36,151 nt of DNA from Actinomycetes bacterium (GCA_021798135.1 JAJZYI010000001.1:1-36151); one strand, 5' to 3'; positions 27,147 to 36,011 are shown, counted from the first letter of the stretch. Notes: generated from the letters alone by a model not told the origin. Numbers and translations: made by a program.

Positions 27147-27227
27147 TGGGCTCCTCTTCGGGTGACGGTGTTCGGGGCGGATGGTGCGGTCGGTGTGTCG
27201 GTGCGGGCGCCTGGCCGGGCCGCTCGG

Positions 27228-28394
27228 TCAGCTCGCCACCAGGATGTGCACAGCCGCCATGGCGGTGTCCCCGCCGATGATGCCGCCGGTGTTCACGGCC
27301 GCGCCGACCCGGGCGCGCGGCACCTGGCGGCCGGTCGCCACGCCCCGGAGCTGCCAGGTGAGCTCCGCGATCTGGGCGATGCCCGTGGCGGCCAGGGGAT
27401 GGCCCCGGGCCACGAGGCCGCCGCTCGGGTTGACGGTCACCGCCCGCCCCCCGACGTCGGTGTGGCCGTCAGCGGTGGCGCTCCCCGCTGCGCCGGGCTC
27501 GAAGAAGCCCAGCGACTCCAACGCGTAGATCTCCTCGGCGCTGGTGGCGTCGTGGAGCTCGACGACGTCGACGTCCTCGGGGCCGATGCCGGCGGCCTTC
27601 CACGCCTCGTCCGCCGCCTCGCGGATGCGGTCGTGGTAGTCGAGGTCACCCGCCCCCGACCGGGCGACGCTGGCGGCGACGCGCGGGGCCCCGCGGGTCG
27701 CCCCGGTCGCCACCACCGCCGCCGCCGCGCCGTCGGTGAACGACGAGCACATCAGGCGGGTCAGGCGGCCTGCGACGGTGGGTGCGGCCAGGACCTCGTC
27801 GACGGTGACGGTCGTGCGGAACTGCGCGAGCGGGTTGCGCGCCCCGCAGCGGCGCGCCTTCACGGCGGCGGCGGCGATCTGGGCGAGGGTGGTGCCGCGC
27901 TCGGTCAGCTGGCGCTCCACCCATGTGGCGTTGAGCCCCATGAGGAGGCTGCCGGCGCCGTTGGGGTGGGCCGCCCGCAGCGCCTCGCGCTCGTCCGCAG
28001 GCAGGCCGTCCTCGACGCCGCCGAGCGTTGCCGACCGGTCGCCGGTCCACATCTTCTCGACGCCGACGACGAGGACGGGGCTGCGTCCTCCGGCCGCCGC
28101 CATCGTCGCGAGGTGGAGGGCGGACGACCCGCCGGCGCACGAGTTGTCGACGTTGACCACCGGGGCCCCGGCCAGGTCCAGGCCGCGCAGCCAGGACTGG
28201 CCACGGATGCAGCCCTGGCCGCTGAGGCGCCCTCCGGTGGCGTTGGCGAAGACGACCAAGCCCACGGCGGACGGCTCCAGACCCGCGTCGGCGAGCGCGG
28301 CGGCTGCGGCTTCGAGCGCCATCTCCCCGGGCTCGCGGTCACGGCGCTCCATCGTGGTCATCCCCACCCCGACGACGTGCGTGGCCTGGTTCAC
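27228..28394 (-). CDS. Thiolase-like protein (SCP-x / non-specific lipid-transfer type thiolase family)
   Basis: VVGVGMT..., NVDNSCAGGSSALHLA (active-site Cys), VELHDATSAEEIYALESLG, NPSGGLVARGHPLAATG. GTG 28394 preceded by GAGG. The upstream 81 track codons are Arg/Pro-rich junk. Confidence 0.8.
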   Translation of the reverse strand: MNQATHVVGVGMTTMERRDREPGEMALEAAAAALADAGLEPSAVGLVVFANATGGRLSGQGCIRGQSWLRGLDLAGAPVVNVDNSCAGGSSALHLATMAAAGGRSPVLVVGVEKMWTGDRSATLGGVEDGLPADEREALRAAHPNGAGSLLMGLNATWVERQLTERGTTLAQIAAAAVKARRCGARNPLAQFRTTVTVDEVLAAPTVAGRLTRLMCSSFTDGAAAAVVATGATRGAPRVAASVARSGAGDLDYHDRIREAADEAWKAAGIGPEDVDVVELHDATSAEEIYALESLGFFEPGAAGSATADGHTDVGGRAVTVNPSGGLVARGHPLAATGIAQIAELTWQLRGVATGRQVPRARVGAAVNTGGIIGGDTAMAAVHILVAS

Positions 28395-28476
28395 CGGTAC
28401 CTCGATTCTGGTGGCTGTTCGAGTGGCGGTCTCGTCCCGACGACCGTCACCGGGATCCGCCACCGGCGGCCTCCGA

Positions 28477-29700
28477 TCACGACGGACCGGGCGTCGCCGC
28501 CAGGGTCGTGCGATCGGCCGGTGTGCGGGCGACGGGCGTGGCCGGCCGTGCCGGCCACGTGCCTGCGCCGTCCGACGGCAGAGCGGTTGACGGGCCCACA
28601 GTACCTCGGCGTGGTCCGGCCGGGGCCAGACCGGCACCCGGGCCGTCCCCGAGGATGTCGGCGAGCGCCGTTGCCAGGTCCTCGAACTGTACCAGCGGGG
28701 CGTCGTCGGTCACGAAGGCGACCACGTGGTCGGCACCGGCCTCGACCCACCGGGCCACGCGGGCGGCGCACTCGCGGGCCGTCCCCGCCACCAGGTGCCG
28801 GGCGAACGCCCGCGGCGGCAGGCGGTAGAGCGAGGACATCCACGCCGCGCCCCGGTCGAGCGCCCGTCCGGCCGCGCCGGGCGCCCCTCCGGCCAGCGAG
28901 ACGAAGACGACGATGGACGCCACCAGGGTGCCGGGGTCCCTGCCGGCGTCCTCGCGCCGCGCCGACAGCGAGCCGAGGGCGGCGTGGTACTCGTCAGGGG
29001 CCAGGAAGAGGGGCATCCAGCCGTCGCCGAGCCGAGCGGCGCGGTCCAGCGCCGCCGGCGACGAGCCGCCGAACCAGACGGGCACGTCGCCGGCGACCGG
29101 CCGCTGGCGGTAGCGCGCCTCGTCGGTGCTGCCGGTGGTGCCGCTGCCGGTGGTGGTGCTGCCGGTCGTGGTGCCGCCGGTGGTGCCGCTGCCGGTGGTG
29201 CCGCTGCCGGTGGTGGTGCTGCCGGTCGTGGCGTCGTGCGGCGCGGCGCCGTGGCCAGCGTCGGCCGCCGGCACCGGTCCACCCGGGTGCGCCGCCAGCC
29301 CGCCGCTCCACAGGCTCCGCAGGTCGGCCACCTGGGCGTCGAGGCGGCGGCCGCGGGCGGCGTAGTCCCGGCCGGCCGCCTCGTACTCGCCGGGATGCGA
29401 GCCGACGCCCAGGCCGAGCACGAAGCGGCCCGCCGACAGGTCCTGCAGCGACGCTGCCTGCTTCGCCACCACGCCGGCGTCGCGGAGGGGGAGCTGCAGC
29501 ACGGCCGACCCGATCGTGCACCGTTCGGTGGCGGCAGCTGCCACCCCGAGAGCGGTCAGGCACTCCACCACGGGACCGTGCCAGAAGAGGTGGTCGCAGG
29601 CCCAGACTCCGCCGGCTCCGGCGCGCTCCGCCCCGGCGGCGACGGCGGCCAGGCCGGCGGCCGTGGGCGGGGCTGCGGCCTGGGGAACGGTGGGCAGCAT
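28477..29700 (-). CDS. Luciferase-like monooxygenase (LLM) class, probably F420-dependent, oxidoreductase with a Thr/Gly/Ser-rich insertion
   Basis: AERAGAGGVWACDHLF, IGSAVLQLPLRD, FVLGLGVGSHPGEY, VPVWFGGSSPAALDRAARLGDGWMP. Interrupted by TTGSTTTGSGTTGSGTTGGTTTGSTTTGSGTTGST. The last ~60 aa are low complexity, so the real stop or the function of the tail is uncertain. Confidence 0.75.
   Translation of the reverse strand: MLPTVPQAAAPPTAAGLAAVAAGAERAGAGGVWACDHLFWHGPVVECLTALGVAAAATERCTIGSAVLQLPLRDAGVVAKQAASLQDLSAGRFVLGLGVGSHPGEYEAAGRDYAARGRRLDAQVADLRSLWSGGLAAHPGGPVPAADAGHGAAPHDATTGSTTTGSGTTGSGTTGGTTTGSTTTGSGTTGSTDEARYRQRPVAGDVPVWFGGSSPAALDRAARLGDGWMPLFLAPDEYHAALGSLSARREDAGRDPGTLVASIVVFVSLAGGAPGAAGRALDRGAAWMSSLYRLPPRAFARHLVAGTARECAARVARWVEAGADHVVAFVTDDAPLVQFEDLATALADILGDGPGAGLAPAGPRRGTVGPSTALPSDGAGTWPARPATPVARTPADRTTLAATPGPS
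29128..29230 (-). repeat. In-frame 60-bp-period duplication (43-bp identical core x2) inside the LLM CDS
   Basis: gctgccggtggtgccgctgccggtggtggtgctgccggtcgtg occurs at 29128-29170 and again at 29188-29230. It encodes the T/G/S-rich insertion. Confidence 0.9.
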
Positions 29701-29957
29701 CAACCCGAGCGTGCCGAGCCCGCCTGGACGGCGCGTGTGCTGGGCGGCGGGCGGCACGGACCGATGCTATCGGCACCGGCGGGCCCTGCTGGTGTCGCAC
29801 GCGCCACCACGGGGGTGCTCGCGCCCGTCCGCGGTCCGGTCCCGGACGCCGTCCCCTGCCGCGTCGGCGACCGCCCAGGGCACCTGCGCCAGCCGGCAGG
29901 GCGGGTCGGTGGCCGCCCGCGGCACGGTCAGGTCGCGGTTCCCGGCAGAATGGTGGC

Positions 29958-30287
29958 ATGGACGCCACGACGCCGAGCGACGAGGAGCAGGCCGAGCGCC
30001 GCCGCGCCCTCGAGGAGCTCCTCGACATGATGCGGCCCGCGGTCCAGGCCGACGGGGGTGACCTGGTCCTGGTGCACGCGGACGTCGTCACCGGGGTGGT
30101 CGAGGTGCAGCTCCAGGGCGCGTGCAGCAGCTGCGCGATCTCGTCGGCGACGCTGCAGGGCGGGGTGGAGCGGATCCTGCGCGACCGCCTGCCGTGGGTG
30201 ACCGAGGTGACCGGCGGTGTCGACGAGGACGTCGACCCGCTGGTCAGCGCGGCGGCAGGACGCGGCGCCTACGTGCCCCGCTGGTAG
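29958..30287 (+). CDS. NifU C-terminal-domain (Nfu-type) Fe-S cluster scaffold/carrier protein
   Basis: LEELLDMMRPAVQADGGDLVLV...VEVQLQGACSSCAISSATLQGGVERILR is an Nfu fold with the CxxC motif. It is the only credible part of the 1381-aa track ORF. Confidence 0.8.
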   Translation: MDATTPSDEEQAERRRALEELLDMMRPAVQADGGDLVLVHADVVTGVVEVQLQGACSSCAISSATLQGGVERILRDRLPWVTEVTGGVDEDVDPLVSAAAGRGAYVPRW

Positions 30288-30343
30288 CGGCGCCCGACGG
30301 CCGGGACGGGGCGCCGGGGCCAGGCGTGGTGCAGACTGGCGCC

Positions 30344-31111
30344 ATGTGGAGCCGCCACGCCGTCGCGGCAGCATCCATGGGCACGGCCGCCGTGCTGGCC
30401 CACGCCCTGCCGTCGGTGACGGTGCTGGGGACGTTCGCGCCGTCGCCGCCGGCGGTCCTGCCCGCAGGCTGGTGCCGGTGGCGGTGGCCGGCGTCCGGGG
30501 CGGCCGGCGCCCTGGCGCTCACCTTCGACGACGGTCCCGACCCCCTGACCACGCCGAGGACCCTTGACCTGCTCGACGAGCTGGGCCTGCGGGCGACGTT
30601 CTTCCTGGTCGGCGGCGAGGTCGACCGGTACCCGGCACTCGCCGCCGAGATCGCGGGCCGTGGCCATGGCGTCGCCGTCCACGGGCACGGGCACCGGCAC
30701 CACCTCCTCCGGTCGCCGGGCTGGGTGTGCGCGGACACGGCTCTCGCCGTGGCCGCCGTCGGCCGGGCGACGGGCGTGGTGCCCCGCTGGTACCGACCGC
30801 CGTACGGCCAGACCAGCATCGGGACCGTCCGGGCGGCGCAGCGGCACGGGCTGCAGGTGGTGCTGTGGTCGCGCTGGGGGCGCGAGTTCGCCGAGCGGTC
30901 GGCCGGCCCGGTCCTGGAGCGGCTGCGGCCCGGCCTGGTGGCGGGCGGGGTCCTGCTGCTGCACGACAGCGACCGCTACGCCCGGCCGGGCACGGCGGCG
31001 CTCACCCACCAGGTGCTCCGACCGCTCGCCGGCGAGCTCGCCCGTCGCCAGCTGGTCAGTGTCCCCCTCGACGAGCTGGACCGGCGGTCCGCGGCGGCGG
31101 AGGCGGCGTGA
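30344..31111 (+). CDS. Polysaccharide deacetylase (NodB homology domain, CE4) with an N-terminal hydrophobic segment
   Basis: LALTFDDGPDP (Asp-Asp motif 1), ATFFLVGGEV, HGVAVHGHGHRHH (His motif 2), WYRPPYG (motif 3), VVLWS. Confidence 0.85.
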   Translation: MWSRHAVAAASMGTAAVLAHALPSVTVLGTFAPSPPAVLPAGWCRWRWPASGAAGALALTFDDGPDPLTTPRTLDLLDELGLRATFFLVGGEVDRYPALAAEIAGRGHGVAVHGHGHRHHLLRSPGWVCADTALAVAAVGRATGVVPRWYRPPYGQTSIGTVRAAQRHGLQVVLWSRWGREFAERSAGPVLERLRPGLVAGGVLLLHDSDRYARPGTAALTHQVLRPLAGELARRQLVSVPLDELDRRSAAAEAA

Positions 31112-32370
31112 GCGCTCCGGCCGCGGACGTGCCGGGGCCTGCGGACCCGCCGATGCCTGCCGGCTCGCCGCCGCCGGCACCGCTGCCCTCTGGCGGCGAG
31201 GGCTGGCGGGCGCTGGTGCTGACCGGGTCCATCGGGCGGGGCCAGGACTCGGCCGCGGAGGCGTGCCAGGCCGCGCTGGTGGCTGCCGGCGGTTCGGCGT
31301 CGATCTTCGACTGCATGGTCCTGCTCGGCGAGACGGGCCGCCGGCTGGGTGAGGCGGCGTTCCGGCGAGCCCTGTCGGCGGCACCCGTCTACGACGCGCT
31401 GCACTTCTCGCAGCTCCGCAGCGACAGCGCGCTGGCCGAGCGCATGGAGGAGGCCGCCGCGTCCAGGCTGGTGCCGCGCCTCCGGCGCGAGATCGAGCGG
31501 AGCGGGGCGCAGCTGCTGGTCTCGGCCTTCCCCACGGGCGCGGGGGCGCTCGGGCGCCTGCGCCAGGAGATGCCGCGCCGGCGGGTGGTGGTCGTCTGCA
31601 CCGACGCCGCCGCGCACCGGCTGTGGGCGCACCCGGCGGTCGACCGCTACGTCGTGTTCTCCGAGATGACGGCCGGGACGATACGCCAGTACCTGCCGGC
31701 AGCGGACGTGGTGGTGCTGCCGCCGGCGGTCCGGCCAGCGTTCTTCAGCGCGCCGGGCCGGGCCGAGGCCCGTGACGCGCTCGGCATCGACCGTGCCGTC
31801 CCGTGCGTGCTGCTCATGGGCGGCGGCTGGGGCATGGCCCGGCTGGTCGACGCGGCAGCCGGGCTGGCCGGTGCCGGCTACCGGGTGCTGGCCGTCGCGG
31901 GGAGCAACCGGGCGCTGCGCCGGCGGCTCGAGGCGCTCGCCCGGGGCCTGCCCCGGCACGGCGGCTCGGGGGTCACGGTCTACGGCTACACCACGGAGGT
32001 GCCGGCCCTCATGGCCGCGTGCGACGTGGTCGTGACGACCCCGGGCCAGACCTGCCACGAGGCGCGCGTCATGCGGCGGCCGCTGGTGGTGCTCGACGCG
32101 GTACCCGGCCACGGCCGCGAGAACCTCCTCCTCGAGATGGTGCGCGGCGGCGCGCTGGCCTGCACCCCCCGTCCGTCGTCGGTGGTCGCCGGGGTTGCCT
32201 CGGTGCTCGACGGGGCCGTCGACGCCGACGCGCCGTGGCCCGTCCGGAGCGCCGAGGCGTGGGGGGAGCAGTTCCTCTCCGCCGTCTCCGACCTGGTCGA
32301 CGGGGCCACGGCCGACCCCGGTGGCAGGCGCGGCCGCGGGCCCGAGGCGCTCGCCGGCGGCCCGGCCTGA
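31108..32370 (+). CDS. GT28-type diacylglycerol glycosyltransferase (MGDG-synthase / UgtP-like)
   Basis: Block order as in B. subtilis UgtP, from memory: LVLTGSIGRGQ, VCTDAAAHRLWAHPAVDRYVV, LPPAVRPAFF, CVLLMGGGWG, AVAGSNRALRRRLEAL, VYGYTTEVPALMAACDVVVTTPGQTCHEA, VPGHGRENL. GTGA overlap with the deacetylase stop. Confidence 0.75.
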   Translation: MSAPAADVPGPADPPMPAGSPPPAPLPSGGEGWRALVLTGSIGRGQDSAAEACQAALVAAGGSASIFDCMVLLGETGRRLGEAAFRRALSAAPVYDALHFSQLRSDSALAERMEEAAASRLVPRLRREIERSGAQLLVSAFPTGAGALGRLRQEMPRRRVVVVCTDAAAHRLWAHPAVDRYVVFSEMTAGTIRQYLPAADVVVLPPAVRPAFFSAPGRAEARDALGIDRAVPCVLLMGGGWGMARLVDAAAGLAGAGYRVLAVAGSNRALRRRLEALARGLPRHGGSGVTVYGYTTEVPALMAACDVVVTTPGQTCHEARVMRRPLVVLDAVPGHGRENLLLEMVRGGALACTPRPSSVVAGVASVLDGAVDADAPWPVRSAEAWGEQFLSAVSDLVDGATADPGGRRGRGPEALAGGPA

Positions 32371-32486
32371 GCCGGCGTTTGCGCCGGTGGCCCCGGACGG
32401 GCGAGGCTGGTCGGCCATGGTCGCCCTCGTCACGCCGCGGTGCCGTGCCTGATCTCGCCCAGCGGTCGGCGGGGGCGCGCCCGGCC

Positions 32487-33953
32487 ATGGCGCAGCGGTC
32501 GTCCGAATGGGTCGTGGCGATGCGGGAGTCGTGGGAGCGCAGCACCCGCATCACGGTGCCGCCCGAGGTGCCCGCGGCCCCGCCGTCGACACCCGACGGC
32601 ATCCGCGTCGCCCTGCTGGTGTACCGGGGGAACCCTCGATGCGGCGGCCAGGGCGTCTACACCAGGCACCTGGCCCGCGAGCTGGTGGCCCTCGGGCACA
32701 GCGTCCAGGTGCTGGCCGGCCAGCCCTGGCCCGAGCTCGACGCCGGGACCGGCTTCACGCCGGTCCCGGGGCTCGACCTGTACCGAGACCCCGATCCCTT
32801 CCGGGTGCCGCACCCTCGCGAGCTGCGGAGCGCGGCGGACGCCGCCGAGCTGGCGATCATGTGCGCAGCCGGTTTCCCCGAGCCGCGGACGTTCTCGTGG
32901 CGGGCGCGGCGCTTCCTCGCCGCCAACCGCCACCGCTTCGACCTCGTGCACGACAACCAGTGCCTCGGGTCCGGCCTGCTCGGCATGCTCGACGACGGCT
33001 GGCCGCTGGTGGCCACGATCCACCACCCGATCACCGTGGACCGCGAGCTCGCGCTCGCCCACGCCGAGGACTTCAAGCGCCGTCTGGGGCAGCGGCGATG
33101 GTTCGGCTTCCTCGGCATGCAGATGCGCGTCGCCCGCCAGCTGCCGCGGATCGTCACCGTGTCGGACTCGTCGCGCACGGACATCGCCGGGCAGCTCGGC
33201 GTCGACCCGGGCCGGATGACGGTGGTGCCCGTCGGCGTCGACCACACCGTGTTCCGCCCACGGCCCGAGCGACCCCGCGTCCCCGGGCGGATCATGGTCA
33301 CCTCGTCGAGCGACGTCCCGATGAAGGGCCTGGTGCCCCTGCTGCACGCGGTGGCCAAGCTCCGCACCGAGCGCGAGGTGGAGGTGGTCGTCATCGGCCA
33401 CCCCCGTCCCGGTGGCAGGGTCGACCGGACCATCGACGAGCTGGGGCTCGCGCCGGCGGTCCGGTGCGTGACCGGCGTCAGCGACGACGAGCTCGCCTGC
33501 CTCTACGCCGAGGCGCAGGTGGCGGTGGTCCCTTCCCTGTACGAGGGGTTCTCGCTGCCGGCCGTCGAGGCCATGGCGTGCGGGGTCCCGCTGGTGGCCA
33601 CCACCGGCGGTGCCATACCCGAGGTCGTGGGCACCTCCGGCGAGACGGCCCTGCTCGTCGCCCCGGGCGACGCCGAGGCCCTGGCCGCGGCCCTGCGCCG
33701 GGTGCTCGACGAGCCGGTGCTCGCCGCGTCGCTCGGCGAGCGCGGCCGGCAGCGGGTGCTGGGCCGCTTCACCTGGCGCGCCACCGCCGTGGGCACGGCC
33801 GAGCAGTACCTCGCCGCGCTGGAGGACCACCGCCGTGGCCTGGGTGGCCGGTGCCGGCCGCCGGCCCGGGCGGAGCGCGAGGGCTGGGCCGAGCAGAGCC
33901 GCCGGGCCCGCGCTGCGGTGAGCGGAGCGGGGACGGTCGGGGTCGGGCGGTGA
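32487..33953 (+). CDS. Glycosyltransferase family 4 (GT-B, RfaG/PimB-like; resembles the mycobacterial Rv0225-type family from memory)
   Basis: IRVALLVYRGNPRCGGQGVYTRHLAREL, DLVHDNQC, ATIHHPIT, SLYEGFSLPAVEAMACGVPLVATTGGAIPEVV (E-x7-E region). The start is either ATG 32487 or ATG 32520. Confidence 0.85.
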   Translation: MAQRSSEWVVAMRESWERSTRITVPPEVPAAPPSTPDGIRVALLVYRGNPRCGGQGVYTRHLARELVALGHSVQVLAGQPWPELDAGTGFTPVPGLDLYRDPDPFRVPHPRELRSAADAAELAIMCAAGFPEPRTFSWRARRFLAANRHRFDLVHDNQCLGSGLLGMLDDGWPLVATIHHPITVDRELALAHAEDFKRRLGQRRWFGFLGMQMRVARQLPRIVTVSDSSRTDIAGQLGVDPGRMTVVPVGVDHTVFRPRPERPRVPGRIMVTSSSDVPMKGLVPLLHAVAKLRTEREVEVVVIGHPRPGGRVDRTIDELGLAPAVRCVTGVSDDELACLYAEAQVAVVPSLYEGFSLPAVEAMACGVPLVATTGGAIPEVVGTSGETALLVAPGDAEALAAALRRVLDEPVLAASLGERGRQRVLGRFTWRATAVGTAEQYLAALEDHRRGLGGRCRPPARAEREGWAEQSRRARAAVSGAGTVGVGR

Positions 33954-34023
33954 GCGGCGACGGGGCGGGCGGCGCCGGCGGAGGCCGGGGTGCGCCGGGG
34001 GCAGGGGAGCGGAGCGCGGCAAG

Positions 34024-34737
34024 GTGCTGACCGTCGACTACGACCGCCTGGGGCTTCGCCGGGGCGAGCGGCTGCTCGACCTGGGCTGCGGCGGGGGCAG
34101 GCACGCCTTCGAGGCGGCGCGGCGCGGCGCGCACGTGGTCGCCCTCGACGCCGGCGCCGAGGAGATCGACGCCGTCCGGGCAGTGCTGGCGGCGATGGCG
34201 GAGGCGGGGGAGCTCCGTGCCGGCGGCCAGGCGACGGCGCTGCGCGGGGACGCGCGGCGGCTCCCCTTCCCGGACGGGTCGTTCGACCGCGTGATCGCGG
34301 CCGAGGTCCTGGAGCACGTGCCGGAGGACGGCACCGCCATGGCCGAGCTGGCCCGGGTGCTCCGGCCCGGCGGCACCATCGCCGTCACCGTCCCCCGGTT
34401 CGGGCCGGAGGTCGTGAACTGGGCCCTGTCGTCGGAGTACCACGACGTGCCCGGCGGCCACGTCCGGATCTACCGGCGCTCGGTGCTGGGACGCCGGCTC
34501 CGGTCCAGCGGACTGCGGCCGGTGGGCCACCACCACGCGCACGCGCTGCACTCGCCGTACTGGTGGCTCAAGTGCCTGGTGGGCGTCCGGCGCGACGACC
34601 ACCCCGCCGTGCGCGCCTACCACCGCATGCTCGTGTGGGACATCACCGACCGGCCTTGGCTGACGCGCCGCGCGGACGCGCTGCTGAACCCGGTCCTCGG
34701 CAAGAGCCTCGTCGTGTACGCGGAGAAGCCGGCGTGA
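34024..34737 (+). CDS. Class I SAM-dependent methyltransferase (Methyltransf_11-like)
   Basis: RLLDLGCGGGRHAFEAARRGAHVVALD (motif I), FDRVIAAEVLEHV, LARVLRPGGTIAVTVP. GTG start. Confidence 0.85.
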   Translation: MLTVDYDRLGLRRGERLLDLGCGGGRHAFEAARRGAHVVALDAGAEEIDAVRAVLAAMAEAGELRAGGQATALRGDARRLPFPDGSFDRVIAAEVLEHVPEDGTAMAELARVLRPGGTIAVTVPRFGPEVVNWALSSEYHDVPGGHVRIYRRSVLGRRLRSSGLRPVGHHHAHALHSPYWWLKCLVGVRRDDHPAVRAYHRMLVWDITDRPWLTRRADALLNPVLGKSLVVYAEKPA

Positions 34738-36011
34738 ACGGTCGCGGCCCGCTCGCAGGCGCGCCCGCCCGCGTGGACGTCGGCAGCCCGGCAGGCGGAG
34801 GGGACGGTGCTCGGGCCGGCGCCGTCGCCGCGGTGCCGGGCAACGACGGCGGCCGGAGCGCGCACGCCCCTCCCGCCGGGCTGCGGCACCACGGGCAGCC
34901 ACCCGGGACGTCGGGGCCGGCCAGCGCCGTGCCCGCGCTCGCCGGCGTGCTCGACGCCGACGAGGTCCGGGCCAGCGCAGCCGCCATCGCCGCCGTGCAG
35001 CGTCCCGACGGCATGATCCCCTGGTTCCCCGGCGGGCACAGCGACCCGTGGAACCACGTGGAGGCGGCCATGGCCCTGGACGTCGCCGGACTGGAGGACG
35101 CGGCGACCGCCGCCTACCGGTGGCTGGTCGCCCGCCAGCTCCCCGAGGGCGGGTGGTTCAACTACTACCACTGGGACGGCAGCGTGGAGGACCAGCGCGT
35201 CGACACCAACGTCTGCGCCTACGTGGCCACCGGAGCGTGGCACCGCTTCCTGCTGCGAGGTGACCGGGGGGCCCTGCAGGAGCTGTGGCCGGCCATCGAC
35301 CGGGCCATCCGCTTCGTCCTCCGCTGGCAGCAGCCCGACGGGACCGTCCGCTGGTCGGTGGACCCCGACGGCCGGCCCGGCCGGTTCGCGCTGCTCACCG
35401 GGTCGTCCTCGATCCTGCACTCGCTGCGCTGTGCCGTGGCGTGCGCCGAGGAGCTGGGTCACGAGCGGCCCGACTGGGAGCTGGCCGCGGGCCGCCTCGC
35501 CCACGCCGTGGCGCACCGTCCCGGCGCCTTCGAGCCGAAGGGCGAGTTCGCCATGGACTGGTACTACCCCGTCATCTCCGGCGCGCTGACGGGGGACCGG
35601 GCGGTCGCCCACCTGCAGGCGGGCTGGGACACCTTCGTCATGGAGGGCCTGGGCGTCCGGTGCGTCTCGACGGGCCCGTGGGTCACGGCCGCGGAGACGG
35701 CCGAGTGCGCCATCGCGCTGGACGCCGCAGGCCGCCGCGGCCTCGCCGCCGCCGTGCTCACCTGGGCGCAGGCGCACCGCCAGGCCGACGGCTCCTACCT
35801 GACCGGGATCGTCTACCCGGAGCAGTCGACCTTCCCCGTCGACCAGACCAGCACCTACACCGCGGCGGCCGTCGTGCTCGCCGTCGACGCCGTCTCCCGG
35901 ACCAGCCCGGCGTCGGGGATCTTCCGGGGCGAGCACCTTCCCGCTGCCGTCGACCTGGACGAGGCGCCGCTCGGGCTCACGGCGAGGAGCGTGCCCGAAC
36001 CCGGCCGCTGA
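34734..36011 (+). CDS. Prenyltransferase / squalene-cyclase-repeat (alpha/alpha toroid) protein
   Basis: Four QW-like repeats: QRPDGMIPWF, RQLPEGGWFNYY, WQQPDGTVRWS, HRQADGSYL. GTGA overlap with the methyltransferase stop. The N-terminal ~70 aa are Gly/Ala-rich. Confidence 0.75.
   Translation: MNGRGPLAGAPARVDVGSPAGGGDGARAGAVAAVPGNDGGRSAHAPPAGLRHHGQPPGTSGPASAVPALAGVLDADEVRASAAAIAAVQRPDGMIPWFPGGHSDPWNHVEAAMALDVAGLEDAATAAYRWLVARQLPEGGWFNYYHWDGSVEDQRVDTNVCAYVATGAWHRFLLRGDRGALQELWPAIDRAIRFVLRWQQPDGTVRWSVDPDGRPGRFALLTGSSSILHSLRCAVACAEELGHERPDWELAAGRLAHAVAHRPGAFEPKGEFAMDWYYPVISGALTGDRAVAHLQAGWDTFVMEGLGVRCVSTGPWVTAAETAECAIALDAAGRRGLAAAVLTWAQAHRQADGSYLTGIVYPEQSTFPVDQTSTYTAAAVVLAVDAVSRTSPASGIFRGEHLPAAVDLDEAPLGLTARSVPEPGR

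Noticed and set aside
26142-30287. 1381-aa ORF on the plus strand
   Set aside because: It is antisense to fabH, the thiolase-like gene and the LLM gene, and is Arg/Pro-rich. Only the last 109 codons (29958-30287, the NifU-like protein) look like a real protein.
32430-34022. 530-aa minus-strand ORF
   Set aside because: It is antisense to the GT4 gene, which has clear GT-B motifs, and has shadow-ORF composition.
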